Origin: Candidatus Iainarchaeum sp.
GTDB lineage: Archaea; Iainarchaeota; Iainarchaeia; Iainarchaeales; 0-14-0-20-34-12
DNA length: 24,023 nucleotides
Assembly: GCA_030649345.1 (NCBI GenBank)
Contig: JAUSKK010000001.1
Coordinates: 1 to 24,023, forward strand
Direction of reading: 5' to 3'
Both the position numbers and the translations under genes were made by a program. Of the stretch, positions 1 through 8,285 are shown in pieces. The notes beneath the pieces are model-generated. The model had not been told where the DNA came from and did not search any database. It worked only from the letters and a program-made list of their open reading frames with translations. How positions within the stretch are numbered: position 1 is the stretch's first letter; each line of letters starts with the position of its first letter.

Positions 1-384
1 CGCGGACGAGGAAGTACTGGAAAAAAAATGCAAGCCATGGAATTACTTGAAAAAGCATTTGAAAAAATTGAACGCCAAACCAAACAAAATCCTTTACAAA
101 TATTGATAAAAGCAATAGAAAATTCAGCCCCCCGAGAAGATACTACCAGATTTAAACGCGGGGGAGTTGCGTATGCTCAAAGTGTCGATGTGGCACCAGT
201 GAAACGAATTGATGAAGCTTTAAAAAATTTAGCCATTGCTGCTTTTGCTCAATCGTTTAATAAAAAATTTTCAGCTGAAGACGCTTTAGCCGATGAACTA
301 ATTTTAGCCTCACAAGGAAATGTGAAAAGCTTTGCCGTTAAACGAAGAGACGAAATGGAACGCATTGCAAAAAGCTCAAGGTAA
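1..384 (+). CDS. rps7: 30S ribosomal protein S7 (uS7), 5'-truncated by the window edge
   Basis: The frame is open from base 1 (RGRGSTGKKMQAMELLEKAF...). The C-terminal part carries uS7-like blocks APREDTTRFKRGGVAYAQSVDVAPVKRID and KSFAVKRRDEMERIAKSSR. It lies directly upstream of EF-2, as in archaeal str operons. Confidence 0.9.
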   Translation, partial: RGRGSTGKKMQAMELLEKAFEKIERQTKQNPLQILIKAIENSAPREDTTRFKRGGVAYAQSVDVAPVKRIDEALKNLAIAAFAQSFNKKFSAEDALADELILASQGNVKSFAVKRRDEMERIAKSSR

Positions 385-405
385 TGATACAACGAGGTGT
401 AGGAT

Positions 406-2598
406 TTGGGACGAAAAGAAGATGTAGCACAATTGGCACAAAATTTAATGAAAAACCAAAAAAATATTCGAAATTTAGGAATTGTTGCACACATCGATCA
501 CGGAAAAACCACAACCTCAGATTCTTTGGTTGCAGCTGCAGGATTAATGTCCGAAGAATTAGCTGGACAACAATTGGTCATGGATTTTTATGAATTAGAA
601 CAAGAACGCGGAATTACCATTAATGCTTCCAATATTTCTTTAGTATACAAAAACGAAATCGGTGAATTTTTAGTAAACTTAATTGACACTCCAGGTCACG
701 TAGATTTTGGAGGAGAAGTTATTCGAGCCATGCGTGCTGTTGACGGAGTCATTGTTGTTGTAGATGCAGTGGAAGGAGTCATGCCGCAAACTGAAACAGT
801 TGTACGGCAAGCTTTACGAGAAAAATGTAAACCAACTTTATTCATTAACAAAGTCGATCGATTGGTAAATGAATTAAAAGTTGGAGAAAAAGAAATGCAA
901 GAACGCTTGGTGAAAGTAATTGCACGTGTTAATACTTTAATTAAAAATAATTGCCCGGAAGAATTCAAAGATCAATGGGTCTGCAAAGTTGAAGACGGAA
1001 GTGTTTGTTTTGGTTCAGCTTTAGGAAAATGGGGAGTTTCTACAACCCAGATGAAAAAAAGCGGGGTAACTTTCGGAGATGTGTACAAGCATTGTAAAGA
1101 AGGAACTCAAAATGAATTAAGCAAAAAAGCTCCTTTGTACAAAGCATTAATGGACATGATTATTATTCACTTACCGAATCCAGTACAAGCACAAAAATAC
1201 AGAATTAGTCATATCTGGAAAGGGGATATGGAATCTGAAATGGGGCAAAGCATGCAAAACTGTGATCCGAATGGAAAAATTTCCATGATGGTTACCGATG
1301 TTTCTGTAGATCCGCATGCTGGAGAAATTGCAACTGGGCGAATTTATTCTGGAACTGCACGCAAAGGAATGAAAGTTAGATTGAATGCAGGAAAAAAAGA
1401 TATTATTTTACAGCAAGTTGGAATTTTCATGGGCCCTGAACGAGTTGTATTGGATGAAATTCCAGCTGGAAGTCTTGCTTCATTAACTGGAGCCAAAGAT
1501 GTTTATGTAGGAGAAACTATTTCTGGAGACCCCATGCAGGAATTTGAATCATTCAAAACAGTTTCCATTCCAGTTATTACTATTTCCATTGAAGCCAAAC
1601 ATCCAAAAGAATTACCAAAATTAATTGAAGTCATTCGGCAAATCATGAAAGAAGATCCCAATGTTCGGGCTGAAATTAATCAAGAAACCGGAGAACATTT
1701 AATCAGCGGAATGGGAGAACTGCATTTAGAAGTTACACGTTACAGAATTGAACATGATCACAAAATGGAAATTACAGTTTCTGATCCAATCGTGGTTTAC
1801 CGAGAAACTACCACCAAAGAATCTCCAGTATTGTTGGGAAAAAGCCCTAACAAACACAATCATTTATTCATGAAAGCTGAAACTTTAAGCCCAGAAGTGA
1901 TTACAAAATTAGTTGACAGCGGTTTAACTGGAAAAATTAGAGAAAAAGACGATAAAGCTGTAGTCACTTTGCGAGAAATTGGATTTGGACACGAAGAATC
2001 CAAACGAGTATGGGCAGTCCACAATAATTGTGTATTAATTAATGATACTCGCGGAATTCAAGCCTTGCATGAAATTAGAGAACTTGTAATTCAAGGATTT
2101 ATGGATGCCTGTGATGAAGGACCTTTAGCTAAAGAAAAATGTTTCGGTTTTGTCATTCGATTGGATGATGCAAGATTGCATGAAGATGCCATTCACCGAG
2201 GACCTAGCCAGATTTTGCCAACCATGACTCGAACCATTTATGCTTGCATGTTAGCAGCCAATGCAATCTTATTAGAACCCAAACAAAAATTGTTTATCAG
2301 CGTACCCCAAGACAATATGGGTTCAGCCAGTAAAGAATTACAGCAAAGAAGAGCTCAAATTCAAGAAATGAATACAGAAGGAGATTCTACAGTCATTATT
2401 GCTTTAGCTCCAGTCAAAGAAATGATTGGATTCAGTGGAGCCATTCGTTCAGCTACTCAAGGACGAGCAATTTGGACAGCAGAATTCCACGGTTATGAAC
2501 CATTACCTAGAGAATTGCAAAAAAATGTAATCAAAGAAGTCCGAAAACGAAAAGGAATGGACGAAGAACCCAAAACAGCAGAATTTTTCTTGGAATAA
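406..2598 (+). CDS. fusA: Archaeal translation elongation factor 2 (aEF-2)
   Basis: 730 aa. The N-terminus MGRKED...IRNLGIVAHIDHGKTT (G1 P-loop) and DTPGHVDF (G3) match aEF-2. The diphthamide-site motif HEDAIHRGPSQILP is present. The start is TTG at 406, 7 nt after AGGTGT, and MGR(K/R) is the usual aEF-2 N-terminus. Confidence 0.97.
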   Translation: MGRKEDVAQLAQNLMKNQKNIRNLGIVAHIDHGKTTTSDSLVAAAGLMSEELAGQQLVMDFYELEQERGITINASNISLVYKNEIGEFLVNLIDTPGHVDFGGEVIRAMRAVDGVIVVVDAVEGVMPQTETVVRQALREKCKPTLFINKVDRLVNELKVGEKEMQERLVKVIARVNTLIKNNCPEEFKDQWVCKVEDGSVCFGSALGKWGVSTTQMKKSGVTFGDVYKHCKEGTQNELSKKAPLYKALMDMIIIHLPNPVQAQKYRISHIWKGDMESEMGQSMQNCDPNGKISMMVTDVSVDPHAGEIATGRIYSGTARKGMKVRLNAGKKDIILQQVGIFMGPERVVLDEIPAGSLASLTGAKDVYVGETISGDPMQEFESFKTVSIPVITISIEAKHPKELPKLIEVIRQIMKEDPNVRAEINQETGEHLISGMGELHLEVTRYRIEHDHKMEITVSDPIVVYRETTTKESPVLLGKSPNKHNHLFMKAETLSPEVITKLVDSGLTGKIREKDDKAVVTLREIGFGHEESKRVWAVHNNCVLINDTRGIQALHEIRELVIQGFMDACDEGPLAKEKCFGFVIRLDDARLHEDAIHRGPSQILPTMTRTIYACMLAANAILLEPKQKLFISVPQDNMGSASKELQQRRAQIQEMNTEGDSTVIIALAPVKEMIGFSGAIRSATQGRAIWTAEFHGYEPLPRELQKNVIKEVRKRKGMDEEPKTAEFFLE

Positions 2599-2610
2599 AT
2601 TAACTAGATT

Positions 2611-2649
2611 AAAGCAAGCCAAAAAAAAAGCTTGCTTTCTTTTTTTTTC
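2611..2649. terminator. Hairpin plus T-run between convergent genes (candidate bidirectional terminator)
   Basis: AAAGCAAGC (2611-2619) pairs perfectly with GCTTGCTTT (2630-2638) around an A-rich loop and is followed by CTTTTTTTTT. It sits between the EF-2 stop (2598) and the stop of the minus-strand gene (2668). Confidence 0.6.
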
Positions 2650-2667
2650 TAGTTTAATATCGAATAA

Positions 2668-4839
2668 TTATTTGAATTTATATAATCCAGTTAATCCTTT
2701 TTTGTGAATTCGAATCCAATAAAATTGAATTCCAGCCAAAATACCTAATTCAATTATTGCAGCTCCAATACCGAAAGACAACGAAAGAAAACGATTGGCG
2801 CTCAGCGGGATGGCAATTGTTAAAATAGTCAAACCCAAGCGAACCAAGGTATGCCGGTATTCTTTGCGGGTAGAAAAACCTTTGTCTTCAAATAAATTGG
2901 CACTAATAAAGTAAGCCACTGCACCGGAAGCTAAAGTAAATAAAATAAAAAGCAGCAAAAGCAAAGGCTGCTCGAAATTTTCTTTTCCAAAAATAAACTC
3001 AGCCACAGAATCTACAAATCGTTTAGATGAATAAAAAACTTGCTGAACCAAATTTACAGGCTGAACTGTAAATGATTTTACTGCAAAAGCAGCATTCACT
3101 TGAGCGCGTATTTCAAAATCTCCAAAGTCATTCACAACATAATCCAAAATATTTGTTTCGCTCAATTCCTGCTGTAAAATTTGCCGCCCATCTACCGACA
3201 CAGTTACCAAAGTATACGTCAAAGGATTTCCATCCGAGTCCGTAAATGTAAACTTTAAGGTATTTCCAAATTCAGGAATTCCGTTCAAATCAATTACAAG
3301 TCCATAAACTTTAAACGCAGCTTGAAAATTCAAAGAATCTTTTTTCAAAGAAAAGACATATTTATTTTGAGCAGGAACTCTAAAACGAACAAATCCATTG
3401 GAATCCGTTATGCCTACAAACAAATTATTTGAAACAACCACAGAATAACCAGATAAATCAAAAGTAGGATCATCGGAAACCAGTTGAATTACTTGAGTTC
3501 CATTTTCAAATAATTCAGATTTATACAAAACATTTAAAACATTCTTGCGGAATTTTAATTTATTCGTATCTGGAAGTTCAATTGTTTCTTGGGTTACTTG
3601 TTCATTGCTTTGAACATTCAAATCACGAATCACAATATCTGAATCAACATTAATATCTACATGATTTGGATTTTCAGGCTGTAGAATACTATCTGAAAAC
3701 GGAATCGGTGCAGTTTGAAATGCAGCCAATTGAACAGGAGTAATATTTCGATCAATGGAATAATAGAAAACAGCTGAAGCTTCTGGATCCAAACTAGAAG
3801 TAAAATCAATTTGATACAATGGATGAACTAAAAATCCAGCAGGCAATTCCGGAACAACTGTTTCAGTTGTGATTACAGTATTGGGCACCAATAAACCATC
3901 AGATAAATAATCTGAAGCAAAAAATTCTCCTACTTGAACCAATCCCAAAGATTGCTGAGTTAAATTTTGTACAAAAACAGTAACTTTATTCCAATAATTT
4001 TCTACAGAATAATCATCATCTTGATATTTTCGGTTTTCGTAAATTTGAAGCTTACGATTGGCTGAAAATGAATCCTTAATTTTTTGACTGGATTCTAAAT
4101 TCAAGTCAGAATTTCCAGTTAAAGCAATTAAAAAAGTTCGAAAATCAGGATTGCTTACGGAATTCAAATCCCAAACTTGTTCATAAATTAAAACATCTTC
4201 AAATCGAACAACAATATTTCTATCACAATTGGAACCACAACCACCGCCTGGGCCACCGCCACCTGGACTACCTCCAGTAGGACCTGGGCCTGGGGTATCA
4301 CCTGAAGACACAGATACTGTAATGGTTACACTGGCTGTACTGGTATTTTGATCATTCCAATTCATGGACTTTACACGATAAGTATGTGAAGCATTGGTTT
4401 GACTGGAAAAAGTGTATGATAATGCGTGATAATTGTCAAGATATGCAGTAGGTTCTGCTGAGTCTACGCTTACCCAAAACTTTTTCACTAAAGCATTGAC
4501 ATCAGAACTTCCTAAATTAGACAAAGTATAACTTACGGTTACACTACTTGAAGAAGAAGTTGAACCAGCAGAAGGACTTGAAATAATCACTTGAGGATTG
4601 GCGTATAGGGAAGCAGTCACAAAACCGGTTTGAGCATTGTACGTTGTTCCAGATGAATTCCCGTCAATTAAAAAACCTGCACTGGCTGCTTCCAGAGCAT
4701 AGGCTGTTCCAGTTGTACTTGTACCTGAACCCAAGCCAAATGTTTTCAAAGCATAAGTAGAGCCTTGAGTAATATTAGCTAAAGTATACACTGGAAAGAT
4801 TGCTAAAATTAAAATTAAAATAAGCGCTAATTTATGCAT
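2668..4839 (-). CDS. Hypothetical secreted, membrane-anchored surface protein (723 aa)
   Basis: Long ORF with an N-terminal Sec-type signal (MHKLALILILILAIFPVYTLA/NITQ). The ectodomain is Ser/Thr/Asn-rich with many N-x-S/T sequons. A Gly/Pro linker (GDTPGPGPTGGSPGGGGPGGGCGSNC) follows, and the C-terminus has three hydrophobic segments (PLLLLLFILFTLASGAVAYFI, LVRLGLTILTIAIPL, FGIGAAIIELGILAGIQFYWI). I recognise no family. Confidence 0.75.
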   Translation of the reverse strand: MHKLALILILILAIFPVYTLANITQGSTYALKTFGLGSGTSTTGTAYALEAASAGFLIDGNSSGTTYNAQTGFVTASLYANPQVIISSPSAGSTSSSSSVTVSYTLSNLGSSDVNALVKKFWVSVDSAEPTAYLDNYHALSYTFSSQTNASHTYRVKSMNWNDQNTSTASVTITVSVSSGDTPGPGPTGGSPGGGGPGGGCGSNCDRNIVVRFEDVLIYEQVWDLNSVSNPDFRTFLIALTGNSDLNLESSQKIKDSFSANRKLQIYENRKYQDDDYSVENYWNKVTVFVQNLTQQSLGLVQVGEFFASDYLSDGLLVPNTVITTETVVPELPAGFLVHPLYQIDFTSSLDPEASAVFYYSIDRNITPVQLAAFQTAPIPFSDSILQPENPNHVDINVDSDIVIRDLNVQSNEQVTQETIELPDTNKLKFRKNVLNVLYKSELFENGTQVIQLVSDDPTFDLSGYSVVVSNNLFVGITDSNGFVRFRVPAQNKYVFSLKKDSLNFQAAFKVYGLVIDLNGIPEFGNTLKFTFTDSDGNPLTYTLVTVSVDGRQILQQELSETNILDYVVNDFGDFEIRAQVNAAFAVKSFTVQPVNLVQQVFYSSKRFVDSVAEFIFGKENFEQPLLLLLFILFTLASGAVAYFISANLFEDKGFSTRKEYRHTLVRLGLTILTIAIPLSANRFLSLSFGIGAAIIELGILAGIQFYWIRIHKKGLTGLYKFK

Positions 4840-4971
4840 TTAAATCCCAGAACTCAGCCAACTATTAAATTGCAGACTTTCTTTAAGTAGTTGGAGGTTT
4901 ACTATTTAAATATCTTTTTAGTTATGTACTATATATTGCAATTAAAGCTGAATAATGAGCTTTTAGGTGAG

Positions 4972-5042
4972 TCAAAGTGTTGAAGGTTAGCTAATGCAGT
5001 AAACATAAATGTTGCTTAGCTTTTTGTTGTTCAACACTTTGA
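4972..5042 (+). repeat. 13-bp perfect inverted repeat closing a ~71-nt imperfect hairpin (candidate small RNA or regulatory palindrome)
   Basis: TCAAAGTGTTGAA (4972-4984) is the exact reverse complement of TTCAACACTTTGA (5030-5042). An inner pairing joins AGCTAA (4989-4994) to TTAGCT (5016-5021). A TATA-like ACTATATATTGC lies upstream (4929-4940) and a T-run GGTTTTTATTCTTTT lies downstream (5059-5073). Confidence 0.7.
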
Positions 5043-5084
5043 GAAAGCTTAAACGTTTGGTTTTTATTCTTTTGCAGAAGATAA

Positions 5085-5095
5085 GTATATATAAG
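5085..5095 (+). promoter_or_regulatory. TATA-box-like element upstream of tuf
   Basis: GTATATATAAG lies about 40-50 nt upstream of the ATG at 5135, and a GGAGGT Shine-Dalgarno sits at 5123-5128. This fits a short SD-bearing leader. Confidence 0.4.
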
Positions 5096-5134
5096 TTATT
5101 TTTAGTGTTAATTCATTTTTTTGGAGGTAATTTA

Positions 5135-6415
5135 ATGGCAGCAAAACCACATATGAATTTAGTATTCATTGGACATGTTGATCACGGGAAAAGTACTACA
5201 GTAGGACGATTTTTATACGATTCTGGAGCTTTAAGCGAACAAGATTACAGAAAATTGGAAGCAGAAGCTAAAGCCCAAGGAAAAGAAACCTTTGTTTTCG
5301 CTTATGTAATGGATAAATTAAAAGAAGAAAGAAAACGCGGTGTAACCATTGATGTTGCTTACAAAAAATTCTCTGGTCAAAAATACGATTTCACAATCAT
5401 TGATGCACCTGGCCACAAAGACTTTGTTAAAAACATGATTACAGGAACTTCTCAAGCCGATGCTGCTGTCTTGGTTGTTTCAGCCAAAGAAGGAATTCAA
5501 CCTCAAACCAAAGAACATGCATTCTTAGCACAAGTAATGGGAATTCGACAATTGGTTATTTCAGTTAACAAAATGGATGACGTAGGATACGAAAAAGCAA
5601 AATACGAAGCAACTAAAGCAGAATTAAGCAAATTATTGTCAGGAATTGGATACAAAGTGGATCAAATTAACTTTATTCCAACCAGTGCATGGAAAGGAGA
5701 TAATTTAGCTAAAAAATCTACCAACATGCCTTGGTATACAGGCCCAACTTTAATGGAAGCCTTGGATACTTTAGTTCCACCCAAGTCTCCAACAGATAAA
5801 GCTTTACGATTGCCAATCCAAGATGTTTACACAATCAAAGGATTCGGAACTGTTCCAGTTGGAAGAGTTGAAACCGGAATCATGAAGCCTGGAGACAAAG
5901 TTATTGTAAATCCTCCAGGAAAAAGCGGTGAAGTCAAAAGTATTGAAATGCACCACGAACAATTAACCGAAGCATTGCCTGGAATGAATATTGGATTCAA
6001 TGTCAAAGGCTTGGAAAAAGGAGATATTGCCAGAGGAGATGTTTTAGGACATTCCAATAATCCTCCAACCATTGCAGCTGAATTCATTGCCCAAATTGTG
6101 GTATTAAATCATCCAACAGCAATTCCAATCAATTACACTCCAGTATTCCATATGCACACAGCTCAAGTAGCTTGTACTCTATTGGAAATCCAAAAAAGAA
6201 TGGACCCAAAAACAGGTGCTGTAGTTGAAGAGAATCCAAAATTCTTGAAAACCGGTGATGCTGCAATTGTAAAAATTAAGCCAACCAAACCCATTTGTGT
6301 AGAAGAATACAAAAGCTTTCCTCAATTGGGAAGATTCGCAATCAGAGATATGGGTCAAACAGTAGCAGCTGGAATGATCACGCAAGTAAAGCCATTCGTA
6401 AAAGAAGGAAAATAA
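5135..6415 (+). CDS. tuf: Translation elongation factor 1-alpha (aEF-1alpha / EF-Tu family)
   Basis: [29 protein letters not shown] and NKMD GTPase motifs. I place the start at ATG 5135, preceded by GGAGGT. The ORF-track extension back to 5009 is a hydrophobic non-homologous run and probably not translated. Confidence 0.97.
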   Translation: MAAKPHMNLVFIGHVDHGKSTTVGRFLYDSGALSEQDYRKLEAEAKAQGKETFVFAYVMDKLKEERKRGVTIDVAYKKFSGQKYDFTIIDAPGHKDFVKNMITGTSQADAAVLVVSAKEGIQPQTKEHAFLAQVMGIRQLVISVNKMDDVGYEKAKYEATKAELSKLLSGIGYKVDQINFIPTSAWKGDNLAKKSTNMPWYTGPTLMEALDTLVPPKSPTDKALRLPIQDVYTIKGFGTVPVGRVETGIMKPGDKVIVNPPGKSGEVKSIEMHHEQLTEALPGMNIGFNVKGLEKGDIARGDVLGHSNNPPTIAAEFIAQIVVLNHPTAIPINYTPVFHMHTAQVACTLLEIQKRMDPKTGAVVEENPKFLKTGDAAIVKIKPTKPICVEEYKSFPQLGRFAIRDMGQTVAAGMITQVKPFVKEGK

Positions 6416-6424
6416 TTAAATAAT

Positions 6425-6455
6425 GGGAGTTTTAACTCCCTAACTTAATTTTTTT
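6425..6455 (+). terminator. Hairpin plus T7 tract after tuf
   Basis: GGGAGT (6425-6430) pairs with ACTCCC (6435-6440) around a 4-nt loop. A run of seven T follows at 6449-6455. Archaeal termination is known to use oligo-T tracts. Confidence 0.5.
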
Positions 6456-6547
6456 ATCAGGTGAGGGTAAAAAGGTTAGGAAAGCAAAGTCAACAGATAT
6501 TAATAATTGAAAAATTACAAACAATAATTGTAATTTTAAAGATTCTT

Positions 6548-6859
6548 ATGCAGAAAGCCAGAATAAAATTAACCAGTCCAGATTTTAAACAATTGGACGA
6601 TATTGCCAGACAAATTATTGACGTAGCCGACAAGACTGGAGTCAAACATTCTGGAGCTATTCCTTTACCAGTCAAAAAATTAACTGTTCCAACTCGAAAA
6701 AGTCCATGCGGTGGAGGAACTGAATCCTACGAAAAATGGCAACTAAGAATTCATAAAAGACTAATTGATATTGAAAGCGATGAACGAACACTCAGAAGAA
6801 TTATGCGGGTAGAAATTCCACAAAATGTTCATGTAGAAATCGAACTCAAAGGCGAATAA
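6548..6859 (+). CDS. rps10: 30S ribosomal protein S10 (uS10)
   Basis: MQKARIKLTSPDFKQLDDIARQIIDVADKTGVKHSGAIPLPVKKL...RIHKRLIDIE is a canonical uS10. I place the start at ATG 6548, because the ORF-track extension from 6461 is non-homologous. Confidence 0.95.
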   Translation: MQKARIKLTSPDFKQLDDIARQIIDVADKTGVKHSGAIPLPVKKLTVPTRKSPCGGGTESYEKWQLRIHKRLIDIESDERTLRRIMRVEIPQNVHVEIELKGE

Positions 6860-6870
6860 ATTTAACACTA

Positions 6871-6877
6871 TTTTTTT
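6871..6877 (+). terminator. Oligo-T tract after S10
   Basis: A T7 run lies 12 nt after the S10 stop. No strong hairpin accompanies it. Confidence 0.3.
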
Positions 6878-6904
6878 AAATTCGCAAACTAATTTTAGAG
6901 TAAG

Positions 6905-6916
6905 TTTTAATAAAAG
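6905..6916 (+). promoter_or_regulatory. TATA-like box placed for a leaderless transcript of the 6937 gene
   Basis: TTTTAATAAAAG is centred about 27 nt upstream of ATG 6937, and no SD lies in between. Confidence 0.4.
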
Positions 6917-6936
6917 AAATTACACTCACTATAGGT

Positions 6937-7815
6937 ATGCCTAAACCACCCAAGCGAATTGCACAAAAACCTGGAAGAAGAATTCAAGGAATAAAACAAC
7001 CAGTTAATTTAGGAAGAAGACGATTTTTGAGAATAGGTTTAGCTGGTGCTGGTTTAGGTTTAGCTAGTTTTTTTGGACTTCGTGCATTTCGAAGACAAGC
7101 CAGAGAACGCAAACAATTGCGTGAAATAAAAAAACCTTTTCCGGAAGAGATTCGAAAAGCTGCTCAAGTTGAAGCTGATTTAGAACGAATGTATAAAGTA
7201 AAATTTCCAGGACATTTTTCGGAGGCAAGAAAAACAGAAGCTCGAGAAAACATAAATGCTGCTTTGTTAGGAATTTATAATGTTGCACCCGATATTTGGG
7301 CTGGATTAAAATTAGTTAAATTGGAAATTGAGTTTGGAGATGTAAAAAGATTTGAAGCAGAAACCAATGCTGGAGCTAGAGGAGGAATTCAATTAACTAC
7401 AGCCAATGCTGTAACTCGCGGAGAAGTTCGCGGTATAGCCAGAGAACCTGAATTGGTGTCGCGAACTGTTTTTGATGAAAATTATTTTGCAAGAAACCCA
7501 AAAGAATTGTTGCCTGTAGCCATTCATGAACTTGCAGGAAATGCAGGACTGATTGCAGAACGATTTGTGAAATTTAAAGGACAGCCTTTAACTCCAGTGG
7601 ATCGCATACGAATGGAAGTACAAGCACATAGAGTTGGAATTATTGTAATGGAACGAATGCTCCAACAAATAGAATCGCGGGCAAATTATGAAGGCGCACA
7701 AGAAATTATGCAAACTTTACGAAAAGCAATTGAACACGATCAAGCGTTTCTTCAACACTTTGAAGCTGAAATTAGAAGCGATCCAAGTATACGAAGAGCT
7801 TTAGGACCAGAATAA
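6937..7815 (+). CDS. Hypothetical protein with a twin-arginine-like N-terminal signal or anchor (292 aa)
   Basis: The N-terminus is basic, then GRRRFLRIGLAGAGLGLASFFGLRAF. The RRxFL(K/R) motif plus an h-region resembles a Tat signal. The rest is Arg/Glu/Ala-rich and looks helical, with no family I recognise. Confidence 0.7.
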   Translation: MPKPPKRIAQKPGRRIQGIKQPVNLGRRRFLRIGLAGAGLGLASFFGLRAFRRQARERKQLREIKKPFPEEIRKAAQVEADLERMYKVKFPGHFSEARKTEARENINAALLGIYNVAPDIWAGLKLVKLEIEFGDVKRFEAETNAGARGGIQLTTANAVTRGEVRGIAREPELVSRTVFDENYFARNPKELLPVAIHELAGNAGLIAERFVKFKGQPLTPVDRIRMEVQAHRVGIIVMERMLQQIESRANYEGAQEIMQTLRKAIEHDQAFLQHFEAEIRSDPSIRRALGPE

Positions 7816-7839
7816 AAAAAGATTTGGAGCAAGCTAGAT

Positions 7840-8283
7840 ATGAAGACTATTTTTTTAGGATCAGATCATGCTGGTTTTGAATTAAAAGAAAAATTGAAAG
7901 AATGGCTAACTCAAAACAAGTATGAAATTCATGATTTAGGCACGCATGAGCAAAAAAGCTGTGATTTTCCAGACTTTGCAGTTAAGGTAGCTGAAGCTGT
8001 TGCAGAAGATCCAGAAAAAAGAGTAGGCGTATTGGTTTGTAAAACCGGTCAAGGAATGGCCATGGCTGCAAATAAAGTGGCTGGAATTCGCGCAGCTTTA
8101 TGTTATTCAGAAGAAATTGCGAGATTGGCTAGAAGTCATAACAATGCCAATATTTTATGCACTGGCGGGCATGTGATTGCCAAAGAAATTGCAGTGAATG
8201 TATTGAAGACTTTTTTAGAAACTGATTTTGAAGGAGAACGTCATTTGAATAGAATTAATAAATTAATGAAAATGGAAAACTAA
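7840..8283 (+). CDS. rpiB: Ribose-5-phosphate isomerase B (RpiB/LacAB family)
   Basis: MKTIFLGSDHAGFELKEKL..., VLVCKTGQGMAMAANKVAGIRAA (catalytic Cys region) and ARSHNNANILCTGG match the RpiB family pattern. A GGAG lies upstream of the ATG. Confidence 0.9.
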   Translation: MKTIFLGSDHAGFELKEKLKEWLTQNKYEIHDLGTHEQKSCDFPDFAVKVAEAVAEDPEKRVGVLVCKTGQGMAMAANKVAGIRAALCYSEEIARLARSHNNANILCTGGHVIAKEIAVNVLKTFLETDFEGERHLNRINKLMKMEN

Positions 8284-8285
8284 TT

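Noticed and set aside
384-593. 69-aa ORF overlapping the start of EF-2 in another frame.
   Set aside because: It lies out of frame within a well-supported EF-2 gene and has an Arg/Cys-rich nonsense-like composition and no homology.
4854-4862. The octamer CAGCCAAC recurs in three intergenic spots next to surface-protein genes (4855-4862, 11642-11649, 13114-13121).
   Set aside because: It is too short and its flanks do not align. Without a full count in coding sequence and a background model, chance cannot be excluded. It is worth only a motif-enrichment test.
5009-5134. N-terminal extension of the tuf ORF (42 extra residues); likewise 6461-6547 ahead of S10.
   Set aside because: The extensions are hydrophobic or non-homologous and contain the likely promoter elements. 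The canonical N-termini ([21 protein letters not shown] and MQKARIKL) start at internal ATGs, and tuf has a GGAGGT SD in front of its ATG.
6532-6540. ATTTTAAAG, a TATA-like box only 8 nt upstream of the S10 ATG.
   Set aside because: A TATA box there would place the TSS inside the conserved S10 coding region. S10 is more likely transcribed from further upstream or by read-through from tuf.
7510-7560. AIHELAGNAG in the Tat-like orphan considered as a zinc-metalloprotease HExxH motif.
   Set aside because: The second histidine is missing (HELAG), and no downstream third ligand motif is recognisable. This is not enough to call a protease.
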